From contig CM060733.1 in assembly GCA_030704615.1 (NCBI GenBank), forward strand, positions 51,646,001 to 51,710,000: a stretch of DNA of 64,000 nucleotides, in the 5' to 3' direction. The translations under genes and the position numbers were made by a program. The stretch is from Takakia lepidozioides (lineage: Eukaryota > Plantae > Bryophyta). The notes under the pieces were generated by a model. That model searched no databases and had not been told where the DNA came from. It worked only from the letters and a program-made list of their open reading frames with translations. Positions 36,042 to 49,662 of the stretch are shown here, one piece after another (within the stretch, counting starts at the first letter, position 1; the number at the start of each line of letters is the position of its first letter).

Positions 36042-37025
36042 ATGGGAGGGTCATCATCTAGGATCGCTTTCGGGAAGGGCAGCCCAGCAGTCAGAATAGT
36101 GCATGCTGGCGGGCGTGTGGAAGAGTATTATAGGCCTGTGAGTGCAGCAGAGATTATGTCGAGGCATCCTCGCCATTATGTAGCAACCCCAGACGTGTTC
36201 CGCTGCCCGACTGCAGTGATAGCACCGGAGGTGGTGCTGATGCCAGGTGAGAAATTCTTTTTGGTCCCCTTCCACACAGTCTCTCGCCTTCTTCGGCGTC
36301 ACGGCTGCACCAGCTCTTCTGCGACCTCCACCACACCTTGCATCCTCAGCTGCACAGGTCCTGATGACGGACCTGCTCCTAACGTCTCTCCGAAAGGGAA
36401 GAAAGTGGCTGTAGCCATGACCGGCCATGGCACTCTTAAATACGGCTCCCCCGCTCGTCTGCACAGTTCTCCCGTGCGCACATTCAAGAAAAGCTCGCCG
36501 AAGACATTGCACAGGCGTCATACTGGCCAGAAATCAAAGTTAGGAAATGCACTACAGAAGGACAAAATTTACAGGGACAAAGTGCGGGAACAACTGGGTA
36601 AGAAGATGCATAGAGAAGAGAGGCAAAAGCTCGAACAGCATGCGAAACCAATGGATCAGGTACGAAAGAATTATCAGCTGCAGGACAAAGGCGAATTAGA
36701 CACAACAACACGTGAACTGCACGGGCGCTCAAAGTTAGCTCATCATTTACGCTTTGATTCATCCACTACCACCACCACAAGTAGTTCAGGTCCGGAGCGA
36801 TTAACATTGAGGAAGGCATTGGCATTGGAACCACCAATCTCCGAAAGCACTGATGATGACCTATTCAGAAGTGATTCAACCTACACGTCAGCATACTGTA
36901 GCCTGCCACGAAGACCTCTAACAGATTATACACTTTTGGGACGACAATTTCTCTCGCGTCCTCCTAGAACAAGGCGTCGTGCCCAGGCTGCGTTTCGTCC
37001 AATCTTGGCAACTTTGAACGAGTGA
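36042..37025 (+). CDS. DUF4228 (PADRE) domain protein, 327 aa, single coding exon
   Basis: MG start, VRIVHAGGRVEEYYRPVSAAEIMSRHPRH, LMPGEKFFLVP, C-terminal FRPILATLNE (WRPxLxxIxE-like). Confidence 0.88.
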   Translation: MGGSSSRIAFGKGSPAVRIVHAGGRVEEYYRPVSAAEIMSRHPRHYVATPDVFRCPTAVIAPEVVLMPGEKFFLVPFHTVSRLLRRHGCTSSSATSTTPCILSCTGPDDGPAPNVSPKGKKVAVAMTGHGTLKYGSPARLHSSPVRTFKKSSPKTLHRRHTGQKSKLGNALQKDKIYRDKVREQLGKKMHREERQKLEQHAKPMDQVRKNYQLQDKGELDTTTRELHGRSKLAHHLRFDSSTTTTTSSSGPERLTLRKALALEPPISESTDDDLFRSDSTYTSAYCSLPRRPLTDYTLLGRQFLSRPPRTRRRAQAAFRPILATLNE

Positions 37026-40000
37026 CCTTGACAGACTTGGCCGATGGAAAGCGCCCCCACCAGAACATCGAGCTGGTGATCACACAGTGGATAATTGAAA
37101 TTTTGCTCGGGATGAACATCGATCGACAAGCTTGACAATATTGAGATCATAGTGAATCACCTGGGCTATCCTGGTGACATTGCATTGGCCTGCAAGCTGA
37201 ATGAGCAGTCATCGGTGTGCGAAGGAAAAGAAAGGAGAATTTTCCTCGAAGTTTTTGTAGTTGTCTTCCATGTGGGCAAAGGCTCAAGTCGAAGATCACA
37301 GTAACCTATTGCCCAGGTGGTGATATAGTCAAATTAGGGAGATTGATACTCAAATCAGTCTGGAGCGAAAGGGAATGTTTAGCGAGCTATACCCGTTCAC
37401 TACAAACGCATGCACACATGCAGCCTTACATGGAGGGGACACATGGAGGAGATGATGAGAAACCATAGCTTGCAATGGTTGTTGCTTGCGCGTTTCTTCT
37501 ACTCCGGGCATCTTCGACCCTGATCTCGTTGTCGTGGCGCTTCCAAGTTAGGCAGCCTAGAGCTCTCTAATTCTACAGTCTTTCCAAAGCAACCCGTGGC
37601 CAAGAGGAAGTCCTAAGAGTTGTTTCTATCAAAAGACTCAAGTAGTCGCGAACCTGTATTTGTAACAGACAGATTCCCACTTATCAATTGACAAGTAAAC
37701 TTTATATTTCAGTGCCTACAGCACGCAGTCCACATGTATGTATATGCGGTTGTTGGTCGAGCAGATCGTTAAGGCAACTGTGGAATGATCTATATAAGTC
37801 TATATATCTTGATTGTTCATGGACGTTCGGGTGGTGCCAGTCCAGATCCAAACAGTTGGAAAGAGGGCAACAGTGTGGATTGTGGTTCTGATTGTTTGAT
37901 TGCAGGTACGTGGTGTTGGATCAAGCAGTCTGATCGGATGATGACTACAGCTCAGGTAATGACCAGTGCCCCTTACTTAAGATAGAGGATGATCCAATGT
38001 TCAGTCGAGTCAATGAAGCGGCTCTGATAGCACAAATCTCAGGACTTATTGTAGGAACGATTGGTAAGGCTCTTATTGATCATGCAACATGTTGAGGTCG
38101 GATCATTATACCGAAATGGAGGGAGAAGCTGAATAGTCTTGCATGAGTCGAGACAGAGAGCAAGAATCACGCTTGAAGGGCGATTGCTTGTGAAGACTCT
38201 AGCTCGCTTGAGAACGTTACCGACAAGTCTACGTGGTGGGTCGATTCAAAAGCAAGGGAGATGAGCTCGAGCGGCTTTTGGAATCGAAGCTCCATGATCA
38301 TATCTAATTTTCTATAGCCGCATGCATATATGTTGCTGCTCGTGGTATCGATCGATGTTCCAGACGTAGCGTATCTGTGATATACACTGCGACGTACCTT
38401 TCAACATATAGATATACGAGAGATGTACACATGTATCCAATTGGGCGGACTCTGCTCCTGCTAGGAAGACAGCAGTTGATATCGTGATCAGCGGTTTTTA
38501 TCCTCACGCAAATCGACACGCAAATCTTCTCGAACAAGAGCAATAGTCCAGTGTCTCCGGAGCTTGCAAGATACCCGGCCATTCCAGCCCTTGAAAATCA
38601 GTCACGATATCTCACATTCATGTGTAACTACATGTCTAAAGTTGTCTGTCTCTCCAGCTTTTAACGGTGGGCTTTGTACATAGCAGGGCGCTCAACGTTA
38701 GAGGAGTTTGGGCAGAAACGCCTTCATGGTTCCCACCTGTGAGTCGTGACTCTCCATCTTTGGCACACATTCATTCTATTAAATCGACCTTTGACAACAA
38801 GACTTGACATCCAACCATGGTATGCTCCAACAAGAGTTCACAGCTGATTAGTCTATATTCAGTGAGCTCAATACTGCACTTTGATCGACGTCGACAACCA
38901 TCATCGTCATCAAGCTGCACTCCCTCAAGAAAGTGCGCAGGAACTAAAAAGGAAGCATCCGTCTAGATACCAAGGCAAGTTCAATACAGCGACCCATTTG
39001 TGTTTGAAAAGAAAGGTTTTTTTAACTTGTTAGTAACTTTAGATTGTTTGCGCACACAAATCTGAACCATTGCGAGAAGAAGTCAAAGAGTTCGTAGCTA
39101 CCTAGGTACCGTGATCTCCTTGTATGTAATGTACCTCTCACGGCAAGTCCAAGTGGAAGACAAGGAAGTGTCTCTAAACAAGGGGCCCATGGAATGTCAG
39201 CAGTTGATTGCATAGTGTCGGTCTCTGTTGGCTGTTGCTAATCTGACGAATGATGAAGAACCTGGCAATGCCCTATAGACCTCAACCAAATTGAGCCAAA
39301 GACACGGAATTTTGAACAGCTTACTCTATTATATTTTCCTGGGGGAAGGAGTACTTAGTATTTACCCATTGGACGTGGGTTGTTGTCAGCCTTCAGGTTG
39401 GGTTGGTCAAGTTAAAATGGACTGCAGCAGGACGGACTTTGAGCACCCTCAGGTAAAGCAAACCCTGATTGAGAAGGTAGGTGTAAGAATGCAAGCTGCC
39501 ATCATCACGATCATCGTCGTCGTCAGCATCATGGGCAAAAGTTGACTGACCCCAGAGAAATGACTCAACTGTTCATTAACAATTAAACAGATAACAGGGA
39601 TGGCTGTCAAATCACACTTTGTGCGTCTGGTCTGGTCTTCATCACCAGATTACAAGGGTACTTACTCACCTGTGAAAACTGCAGCACCCACCTAAGCGCC
39701 ATAGAGAAATTAAGCATCACATTTAACACAGATGTATCATGATTCTGGATTTAAATTCTGCTACATTGTTGTTGTGTGTTCTACCCCTTCTCTTCATGAG
39801 CATTGTGCTCTGCTCTTCATGGCACGGTAACTTGGAAAGAGGTTACTAGGCTAGTTTACTGTCACGGGCTCGGGGTTCCCTTTCCACCAAATAGATAGAA
39901 ACCAGGGTGACCCACTTTCTCATTTTTAGCGGTGACGTATGAGGATTACTTACGCCGTTACATAGTCTCAAATCCAAACGTCCACAATGGCAGCCGGATG

Positions 40001-40739
40001 ATCGTGATGAGTTGCTGATGCAGCCCAGGAAAAATGGGGTCACATGTTCCCGACCACAACCTTTATCAGTGATTCACCAGTTGTCACCTTTGGTGTACTT
40101 TGGGACTGAAAGCTCATGGCTAACTTATGAGAGTCTGTTGCAACTGCAAGCAAGTGGAGGTAAATAGTACCCTAACCTCCTTTTCAGCTGAAGTAACCAC
40201 ATGATACATGATGCACGATGTGTCAGCACTTTGTATGACTTTTGGGCCTAGGCACTGCACACCTACTTTCCAGCAAGTCACTGCTAAACTCTGATTAGTG
40301 GGGAGAAGTGTCAGGCCCCCCCTCCCACCCTCTACCCTCTTTATATTTGTTTCTGTTGTTGCCAGTCTAATGTTCCTTTATAGAGATTTGATGGGCGCTC
40401 AACTTTAATTCAAACTTGAGGGTCTTTCGCATCAGCCTCAACTAAGCTGCGTCATGGCTGGGTTGTCACTTTCAATGATAAAAACTGGAGAAAGGAAGCA
40501 AGCCATGACTCACTAGTACCTGTGGGTATCCATCATCCGCCCACAGTGCAAAATGATATTTTGCAGAGACATATTTAGGCTTAGAGGTGGCCTCAGGGAC
40601 TCATGATGAGACCTGAGAACCCACATATATCTTGGAAATTGAGCCAAAGGCTGCCATTTAGCATTTTAGGAAGAGGACACCAGAGCCCACAGTTGGATGG
40701 GTTCTGCACAAATATAATAGGCCGCGGTGCGGCGGCATG

Positions 40740-40996
40740 TTTGTCCATCCGCCCACCGACATATAATGAGTATACATAGTTCTCAGCTAGAGGCTCTTAT
40801 GTACGCCTCCTCCGGTTGGCGTCATATATGTGTATATACACATTATCTGAGCTCTATTGTGTGGGTTTATGCAATGTTTTGTCGACCCATCCACAGACAT
40901 TTGAGTATACATAGTTCTGAGCTTGAGGCTCTTATTTACGCGTACTCTGGTTGGCGTCATATATATGCATATACACATATTCTGAGCTCTACTGTG
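40740..40996. repeat. Tandem duplication, ~120-bp unit
   Basis: TGAGTATACATAGTTCT...GGTTGGCGTCATATAT...CTGAGCTCTA twice. Confidence 0.9.
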
Positions 40997-43900
40997 ACGT
41001 CTTAACTCTTAACACAAGCTGGAGACGGGTCTGCTTATATGTACCAAGCCATTTGAAACCTGTGCATTCTTGAAAACCCACTAGTTACCTAGACGGGTGG
41101 TTTGTGCAATGTTTTGTCAACACAAGCAAAACAGAACACGAGAAGAATGTTCCATTTGGGAATACGACACAGTGTGTTAGTTAGTTATGGTTCATCTTCT
41201 ACCTCACATTACCTAGCTTTGGGATCACTGCCATGTTTGGAGCCACTGCCTGAGTGAGTGCTTGGGTACTTGTTGGATGGCTACTTAAGTAAAGAAGAGT
41301 TCAACACTTAAATGCCATCCATCAATCAACCAAGGCCTACCTTCAAGACTGTTCTTCTGACCTATAATAATGTTGCTTACAGACTTAAATGAGGAATAGC
41401 TCATCTGTGTGTCAGAAGAAGCATTGTCTTAATGGCTATGAAAAGCGCATCATGCCCAAGCCTCAAATGCTTATTACCGCTGCCCATCTTGAAGCTCTTT
41501 ATGAACAACTGGGCTTCAGTAGATGCCGCTCCCTCCTTTTCCCTCACCAGCCACCATGTGTAAAACATGGGTTGGCACCAACCAGCTCCGGCATGATAGG
41601 CTCCCATCATCACCATCGCCTTCACACTCCCCCAGACTCATCATGCTCCCGCCCCATAATCACTGTTATGAGCTCCTCTTGGAGGTAGCAGTCTTAAGCA
41701 GTGCAAGGAAATTTCCATCCTCTCTCTCTGCCTTCTTTTTCTAACTTAGAGGCTAAGTTAGTGTCTCGTCCCCTAGTTTGGGCGACCAAGGTTGGAGTGA
41801 GTTTGTGATTATCTTTCAGCAATGCATACATATAGGCAGGCTGAACATAAACAGCCCCTGGAATGATTATCTCTTATCACAGACGACACGGCATGTATCA
41901 GCTGTACAGGCTCAAGTTCCCAGCCAGAAGCTCTGCCTGTTGTAGAATGATGGGAAATAGCCATGACCACCAGCAGGCTGGTGGCATGCTCGTCTCACCC
42001 CGAACCATGTGGCATTCCCATGCCGGACTTGATGACCCGCCCGGTTCTGTCTCTCTCCTCTCTTTCACACACACGTGAGAGAGCCAACAAGAGACCCAGG
42101 ACAGGATTGAATTGAAGCTCTGGTGATAGCAAGCTTTTTTTTGCCTGCTGTTGATGAGAAGCAAGCAAGCATTTCACGGCGAGATAGGTTTGGGACCCTT
42201 CGGGTACCGAAGAAAAGGTCTTGTTTTGGGCTTGTGGTGTTGTTTGAAAAGCAAGCAAGCTTTTGATCGTGGCCATGATCATCAACATGGTCCTGGTAAG
42301 CGGGAGCGGGAGGGTGCAGAGGGTGCTGACAGCAAGGGGGTCAAGTGGCACGGGTTGGCAGGCGGAGAGAGAGTACAGAGGGGTGGCATGTGTGGGAGAG
42401 GTAAAGGTGCTCACCATCCGGGATACAAAACGTACTTGGAATCGTTAATGCGCTTGGAATAATGCCTGGAGATAGGCCTTTACTTTGTCTCTCAGATGGG
42501 GTGTCGCTCAGCTCTATAATAAGGCTGCTGCCTTGTCTCTTTGCGAGTGCAAGTCAATACTCTGTCAGTGAAACACTTGTTTATTGTATCTCCCCACCAC
42601 AAGCCATTTAATACTCATCCACTGTGAGCCTTTGGATTGTAACTCCCCCACGTGAAGTCTATACTCTTATCACCCTTACAGAGCTTTCATGACTTCACAT
42701 TACTCCACTTAATATGCGCCTGTGTCCGCTAGTCTAGTTTGCCCCTCATGCCCATTTACACCTTGCGCGCGCAGAATTCCACCCAAGAAGCTTGGGAATG
42801 TGTGACTCGCCACCCTCTCAGAATATTGCTGTCATTCAAGCTTCTGAACTCCATTCCAGGAGCTGCTTATGTCAGTCAGGTTGGTTATGCCGACAGACCT
42901 TGCCTTTCTCGCCATGGAAGTCCTGATACTTATATAAAATAGTTTTCCAGCATCCGGAACCAACGAGGGTGACTAAATCCCCCCGTCCATACAAACGGGC
43001 TGTTGCGTGCAGTGTGCGAGAGGCACGAGAGTACCTACCTCAATGGGCACTAGGAATTCGTTTGTAGGTGGTGGACAGTATTATGGCGTGTTCTATAAGC
43101 ATGAGATCCTTGACCAAAGTAAATGTGAGAAATGGGTTGTGTGTGAACTTCGGATTCCATGGACCAATCCTTCTGTCTCCAATGGGTGCCAGCCACCAAC
43201 ACGAAGTGTGTGCTGTTGAAACAAAACTTTTTATCTTTTGTCTACGCCCTACACGTTCACTTTTTGGACCGGAGCACGATTCACGGTTTGAATACCTCGC
43301 CAACATAAGAATGACGACGACTAATAATAGGAGCGACCAACACATGCGCCGCTTGTATTTTGTCATTCACACTGATCATGATGTCAAGATGATCTCCCAC
43401 TCTAAAACTTCCACCAGTTGGACAGGTCTTAACCACCAACTGTTATCTAATCTCACACCAACAGTGTCCTTATAGCGTATAAGTGAAGGGTGGCCAGCAG
43501 CTTCTACGGATCAGTAAAGCTGTTGACCTTGGGCCAGCAATTCACTGATCAATATGCTAGATAGATACTGTGCTCCAATCTTTTCAATTAGCCCCTAATC
43601 ATGTGTTTTGGCCTCTCCATCAGGGAGTGGTAGAGTGGGTTAGTTGCCCACTATGCCCTAATCACCCCACCGCTCATTGGACTCCCTGAGAAAAGCTATG
43701 AACAGGGTCATAGTCTGATCAGTTGCTAATATGATGGGAAAGCACGGTTATCATACAGCCCCAAAAGTGGGGTTGTTGCTGGGTCTCTATCTGATCTACA
43801 CACTAAGTAGACCTCTCAACTATAAGATTAACAAGCCTGGAAGGGTACTGAATGCATCAATGAGCAGGTGCCCCCAGTTGGACCAGAAGTGTGTAATGAT

Positions 43901-46379
43901 GTGCAGGCTGCAACCCACATGGGGAAATATCTCGCAGACAGGGGAGGAGTTTCTTCTAATCAGCATTTAAGAAGGTGGGTTAGTTGGTAAGAGAGGGGGG
44001 GTGAGGGGAAACGGTGGGAAGGTGAAGATAAGAGGACGTAACGGAGGCAGGGAAGAACGGGGCGCAGAGTAACGACATATAAGATATGTAGGCGGCCCAC
44101 GACGCTCGTGCCTTGTGTGTTTTGCATCGTGCGCTGTGGGCAGCTATGGCGGATCGAATCACGGGCCCCTTTGCTATTTCGGGCTTGCCATCTCTGGACC
44201 GTCTTGCCTCTGTGCACGGTCCTCTGGGTCTTATATTTCTCTAGATCTTTGCATTTGTGGCCCTTCTCGCTCCAGGTCTCACAGCTAGTTTTCTATCTCT
44301 TGCGTGTCTGTGTGTGTGTGTGTGTGTACATGCTAGTTCTCTCACGCCCACGTGAGTATCCTGTGGTTGTCTTTCTCGAGCGGGGTGGAGTGTTAGTCTC
44401 TCCGTCCTTGTTGCTTGTTGTCCCGGGCTTGGACGGTACCAGCACTACCTTTGTGCGGCTAGTTTGGGCGGTGACAAATAGGCACAAGTAGTGGGGTGGC
44501 CGGTATAGGCTGCGCTCTGGATCAGAGCATGATGACCCACACACAGCACATCGTGCTTGTCTGTCGTGCTTCTACCTGCCTTCGGGGGCGAAAGAAGGGT
44601 ATTTTCCTGGCCACTTTAGATCTTTTTGCGTGCCCAGGCATTAAGATTTGAACTTGGCGCAGCCAAACAGCTACTATCTCTCTGGTCTGGTCTTTGAGGG
44701 AGAGGCAGGGCAGTTCTGAGGAGGTCGTAGTAAAAAGGTGTTTATATTTAAGCGTGATGTGCACCCACTCTGATGACCTGGGTTGCAAATTTGTTCAATG
44801 CTCTCTGGAGCTTCTTTGCAGCAACCATTGAGGGGGGTGTCTATAGGATCCGCTCGGGGTTCCGGGACTCTCCGTGTCTCTCCCCTCTCTGTGTGGGCGC
44901 CGGAAGCTTCATATAGCATTGATCTGATTTGTGATCCTGTTGAGTACATGTCGACTTGCAGCTCCGGTGTGCAGAAAAGAGCTTCTAAGAACGGAGCTCA
45001 GTCACGTTCTTTACCGCGCTACTACCTCGGAACAGTTTACCACATGTGGCTCAAGCTTACGACACATCATCTGCTGAAGGAACGTTTAGATGCATTTGTG
45101 CAGCACGTTGGAGTGTTGGTGGAGGACTTCTACTTGAATGAGGGTTTATTTGTATGGCCTCTCTGTACTGCAGAAGGTTGCCACTCGCTTCGCGTTTTAT
45201 GTTCAAAGAAGGACTGCTCACTGCGTCCCAAACAACAGAAAATTCCGAGCAGCTGGTCACACGTGTCTTAGGTGAGGCTGTATGTGGGAAGTAGGGTGGG
45301 AGGGGGTTAAGGAGAAGATCCAGCGGCAGACATAACTTAAAGGGAAAGCTAGATAGTCCAGTCCACCTTCATGGAAGAGAGACAGAGACAGAGAGAATCA
45401 TGAGCAGAGCTCTTTCTTATCATGCTGAAGGTTGATCAATCCTTTAATATCACCTTTCTGTGAAAGAAAAACTCTATTTGTATAGTCTAAAGCGAACCTC
45501 GATCTGATGGAATGAAGTAAGGTTGTTTGCTAAGACGCTTACAGCGAAATGTGGAAGACAAGCAGCGAGCGTCCAATGCGACCAGTTGTAGGCTCCAGCA
45601 ACAAGGATTTCTCCGATTCTGGCTGGCCACATCGATGTGATAATTTCGAGATTTGGCCTGCAAGTCATGTGGGTTGTCCATATTACACCTTCCGTACCAA
45701 CTTCTCGTACGTGCACCGCAGTGAAGGCATCTCACGGATTCTGATGTCTGGACAGGTGTGTTTCTCATCAGCTAAAGCCGTTAGTTTTTGTTATCCAGAT
45801 AGCGGTTGAAGTATGCTCACTCCGATCTTTCTTAAGATCTTGAATCCGGAGCTGTAGCCACATTAAGTAGAAGCCAGAGGCGTCCTGCGTGGCGTCTCAA
45901 GTCAAGTAAAGCAATGTCGATGGGAGCTGAATCATGAACCTCCTCCGAAGTTGGTTGGACAAAGATCCTGGATCCACCAGTATTGCTCAAAACTTCCAGA
46001 GGATCAATACAGTTGAGATCCGATTTACATGGACAGCGTGCAGAGACTGAAATTACTGATAACCGTTCTTCTTAATGGTGCACGGCCTTGCTTTATGAAT
46101 TTCCTTGACTCATTCCCTGACTGTTTTTTAGGATCGCTGTCTAACACTCCTGTGTGGCTCTCGATGGCTGTCCTCCGAGCGAGTAGATTCACCTGTAACT
46201 ATCATTCGGAGCATATTTCGACATACATTGACCACGACAGAAGGAAAAGAGAGAAATTATCATGTCTGCGGTCTAAAGCTCAGTCAAAGAGAGTATGGAC
46301 TATTGAAAGCAGGACACGAGAGAGAGTAGGCCCTCCACAGCAGCGCAAAAACAACTATTAATCAAGAGATTCTCTATGA

Positions 46380-46660
46380 TGGAAAGTCTCATGCAGATAT
46401 GCTGCCAAGCATTTCTGATCCTCGTAATGTAATGAAAGACCTCAGTGTTCAAGGGATTGGCTGTCCTGAGGCAAAAGAATCGTCCCCGGATCGCATAGTA
46501 GAGAGAACAGTGAAAGAAGAGATGTTTTTCAGTATCATTTCTAGCGCAAGCCGGGCACAAGCTGGCTCGAGACAATGCCTGTTCGTTGGTGTAGAGGATC
46601 TTAAGTGGTTGACTTCCATCTCATGTACATAATGCAGTGGAAACCTCAGAGCACGGTATG
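46380..46660 (-). mobile_element. Old LINE fragment (RT-associated zinc finger)
   Basis: CPACARNDTEKHLFFHCSLYYAIR matches the CxxC...H...C motif at LINE ORF2 C-termini. Confidence 0.65.
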
Positions 46661-49596
46661 GATTGGCGCGTCTAAAGAGAGGCCTACAGACGATAAGAGT
46701 AACTTAGAGAATTTGTGCCCAGGTCGATATGAGCCACTTTGACTTCATGGCTGTAGAGGCTGTAAAGGCTGTCGAGGCATATCTTGTGATGTGGATGAGC
46801 TCAATAACATTACCTGCAGGCTAATCAAATACAAGTAATGGCAGGTATGTGTACAGAATGTTATCACAATCCTGATCTTCAAGTAAGGCTTCTAAAGACG
46901 AGTGACTTATTGTTTGCCAAGGGGGGAATGGAACCAAGTTGCAAGCTCAGGCAGTTTCATCTCTGCTGGTATTTAATTCTGGCCAGATGTTGTACCTGGC
47001 TCAGGTTGCTCCATGATACATTGACAGGTGCGTTGGTCTTTAAGGTGTGCACGCGAGTTAGGTGCTCGGACATCTACGAGATGTGACCTAGACCAGCAAG
47101 TAGCAAGAGCTAATACATGTTTGATACTCCACTCCTTGATCGTGACTTGTTATGGCTGAGGCTAGCTATGATCTGGTAATGCTGAACATGTGAACCGAGA
47201 AAAGAAAAGTTGGTGCACGGTTCTATTGCTCCGGCTGCTTGCAAGTCTCCAGTTATTTCAGGCTCTTCGTTTTGGGTGATTTACGTTATGTACAAGTCCA
47301 CAACATGCTTGCAAGGCCATTATTTTTTCCGAAAATCACTTGCTCATTCCGTGATTCCAGGAGTTGAGTCCATGCATTGTGGGAGTCACACCTGTTTCTG
47401 GCGCATGGAAATCCTTCTGATGTAACCGAGAGCTGCTTTGAGGACTGTGTACCAGCTGAACAGCTTAGACTGAAAGCGAGCAATGCAGGATCAGATTCAT
47501 CCTCCCCAAGGAAATGGAATGCCAACACTTCAACCCCCTGCAGCTCATCGTTTTCTCCTAACGGTTCTCCTAACGGGGATGCGAGGGCTTCGCGTCTTGC
47601 TGAAAGGCCAGCCCCAAAGCTGAGATTGAACAGAAAGTTGTAGTCCCCTCATGTTGATAAAGTAAACAGCCTTCCTGAAGTTACAATGACCAGGGGAGGC
47701 ACCTACGCCATTCCATTCACCTCATATATTTATGTGCACGCACATGTACACTCACATGTACACTGGAGCTGGAATCAGCCTATTCTTGTAGACCGCTTAA
47801 AGCAAAGATCTGCGAAACTGCATAAGATCAGCTCATTTGGCGAGAACCTCTCTTTCTAGCTGCCAGAATGCTGCCCAGGGCATCCTGGGCAGCACCCATT
47901 TTGAACAAATGTAGCCGTTATCTGAGCCTTGAAAATAGCAACGTTCCAGCCACGTTTTACTAGTAAAGAAAGTGTGCGAACTCTATTTGAAGCAGTGGGA
48001 AGCTCAACTGAGGTGACCAGATGGTGGGGTGATCATCTCTTGGATCATCTAGTCAGAGCTCATGAGTTACAGTTTGCCGTTGCAGCATCACCCCTTTTCC
48101 ACTCGTATAATACCAATCCGTTATACACAGTCCCTTGCCATGCGCAGTCCTGCTCACCATTATAATTTAAGCGTGCAATCATTCGGCCACGGTTCTTGGC
48201 CTCCCTCTCCTTGGCACGCTTGCCGAGCTCTGCACCACCTCACAGTCTCGAGTGCCAACTAACTGTGGTTACCTTCCTCGCAAGGAATCAAACGCTACCT
48301 CAGATCCCACCAAACACAGTCATACATACACGACGGTATTCTCTCTCCTGCAGCTTTGCTGTGCACATACAAGTTACACAACGTCACACCCAAGAACTCC
48401 GATGCAATGTGGAGCTGCTCCTCACCACAATCCCTCTCTCACGTCTGTGGCCGCCATCGCCATGTCTGCACCCTCCCTCCTCTCTGTCTCTGCGATCTGT
48501 GTGCCTGCACCACCTGCGATTTCTTTTCTTTTCTTATTTTCTTATTTTCTTATTCTCTTCTTTTTTCTTTTATTGGCCCTGCCTTCTCAAGGCAGGACTA
48601 CGCAAAGGGTTCAGCCGCTTTGACGCTTTACCGCTTTTTCTTTCTTTTCTTTTTTCTTTTATTTACTATTCCAATTCGATCGAGACAGGTGCCACCAGAA
48701 TATTCTCTCAATATTTCTTATGAATGACATCCCCTGGATGAACAGTTTCATGGTCTTTACGTCTAGAGTTCAACTTCTTGTGCATGCTTATGAGGATATT
48801 ACCCTGGGTGCCACCCGGGTGATTCAGGGCTCAAATCCTATTACCGCGATATTTATTAACAAACACTGTGTGATCTTCTACTATCTATTCGTAATTACTA
48901 GAAGGCGGGGCTTGCATTAAGTGCATGCATTTGTTTATTTTTCTCATTTATCTTTTTTTTGAAAATATTGCCCCCAATGTTGCTATTTTTTCCACCTTGT
49001 TGTAACTCTTCTTTATTAATTTGATTACGTAAAAGGGCCTCCGTCCCCTTTCTTTTCTTTTTCCTTATGTATATATATATATAGTGAATTATGGGTGCAT
49101 GTGGAGCACGTTAGCATGAGGGGAACGCTGTGGACCCAGGGTACCACATGATGGGTGGATGGATGTTGAGTGGGGGCCCAGATGGCATCAACAAAGTCAT
49201 GAATGAATGAATGAATGACGTCCACAGACCTGTTATGATTGGAGTCTGTTTATTTATTTGTTTTTTTTTAGTCTTTTCTCCACAATTTGAGATATAATAT
49301 ATTCCCCAAAAATAAATAGTCATTTACTTATATAATTATTTATTCCGTACACAAATCAAAAAATAAATATTATTATTATTTTATTATTATTCCAATTCAA
49401 TTATTTTTATTATTAAAGAAGCAGTATGGGTAGAGAGGAGAGAGTGGGCATCCACCACAATAATAATGACGATGGTGACTGCCTGTCGTGCGTGGCACGT
49501 ACGAACCAATCCTACATTTATTCATCCATCCATCCGTTGGCTTTTTGTCTTTTTGTTTCTTTTGGTTTTCATTAACAGTTGTAATTGAGTATCGGT

Positions 49597-49662
49597 TCGT
49601 AGCTCAGCTGGTAAGTGCACAGTGTGTCGCCCTGGTGGATCGGGGTTCAAACCCGCTCCAGA
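49597..49662 (+). other. tRNA-like A/B box segment (SINE-like or tRNA pseudogene)
   Basis: TAGCTCAGCTGGT and CGGGGTTCAAACCCG; anticodon arm not foldable by eye. Confidence 0.5.

Noticed and set aside
43040-43366. Secreted peptide precursor
   Set aside because: Hydrophobic N-terminus but no recognisable peptide motif or other support.
47869-47894. Perfect 11-bp hairpin
   Set aside because: Isolated and too short for a miRNA precursor.
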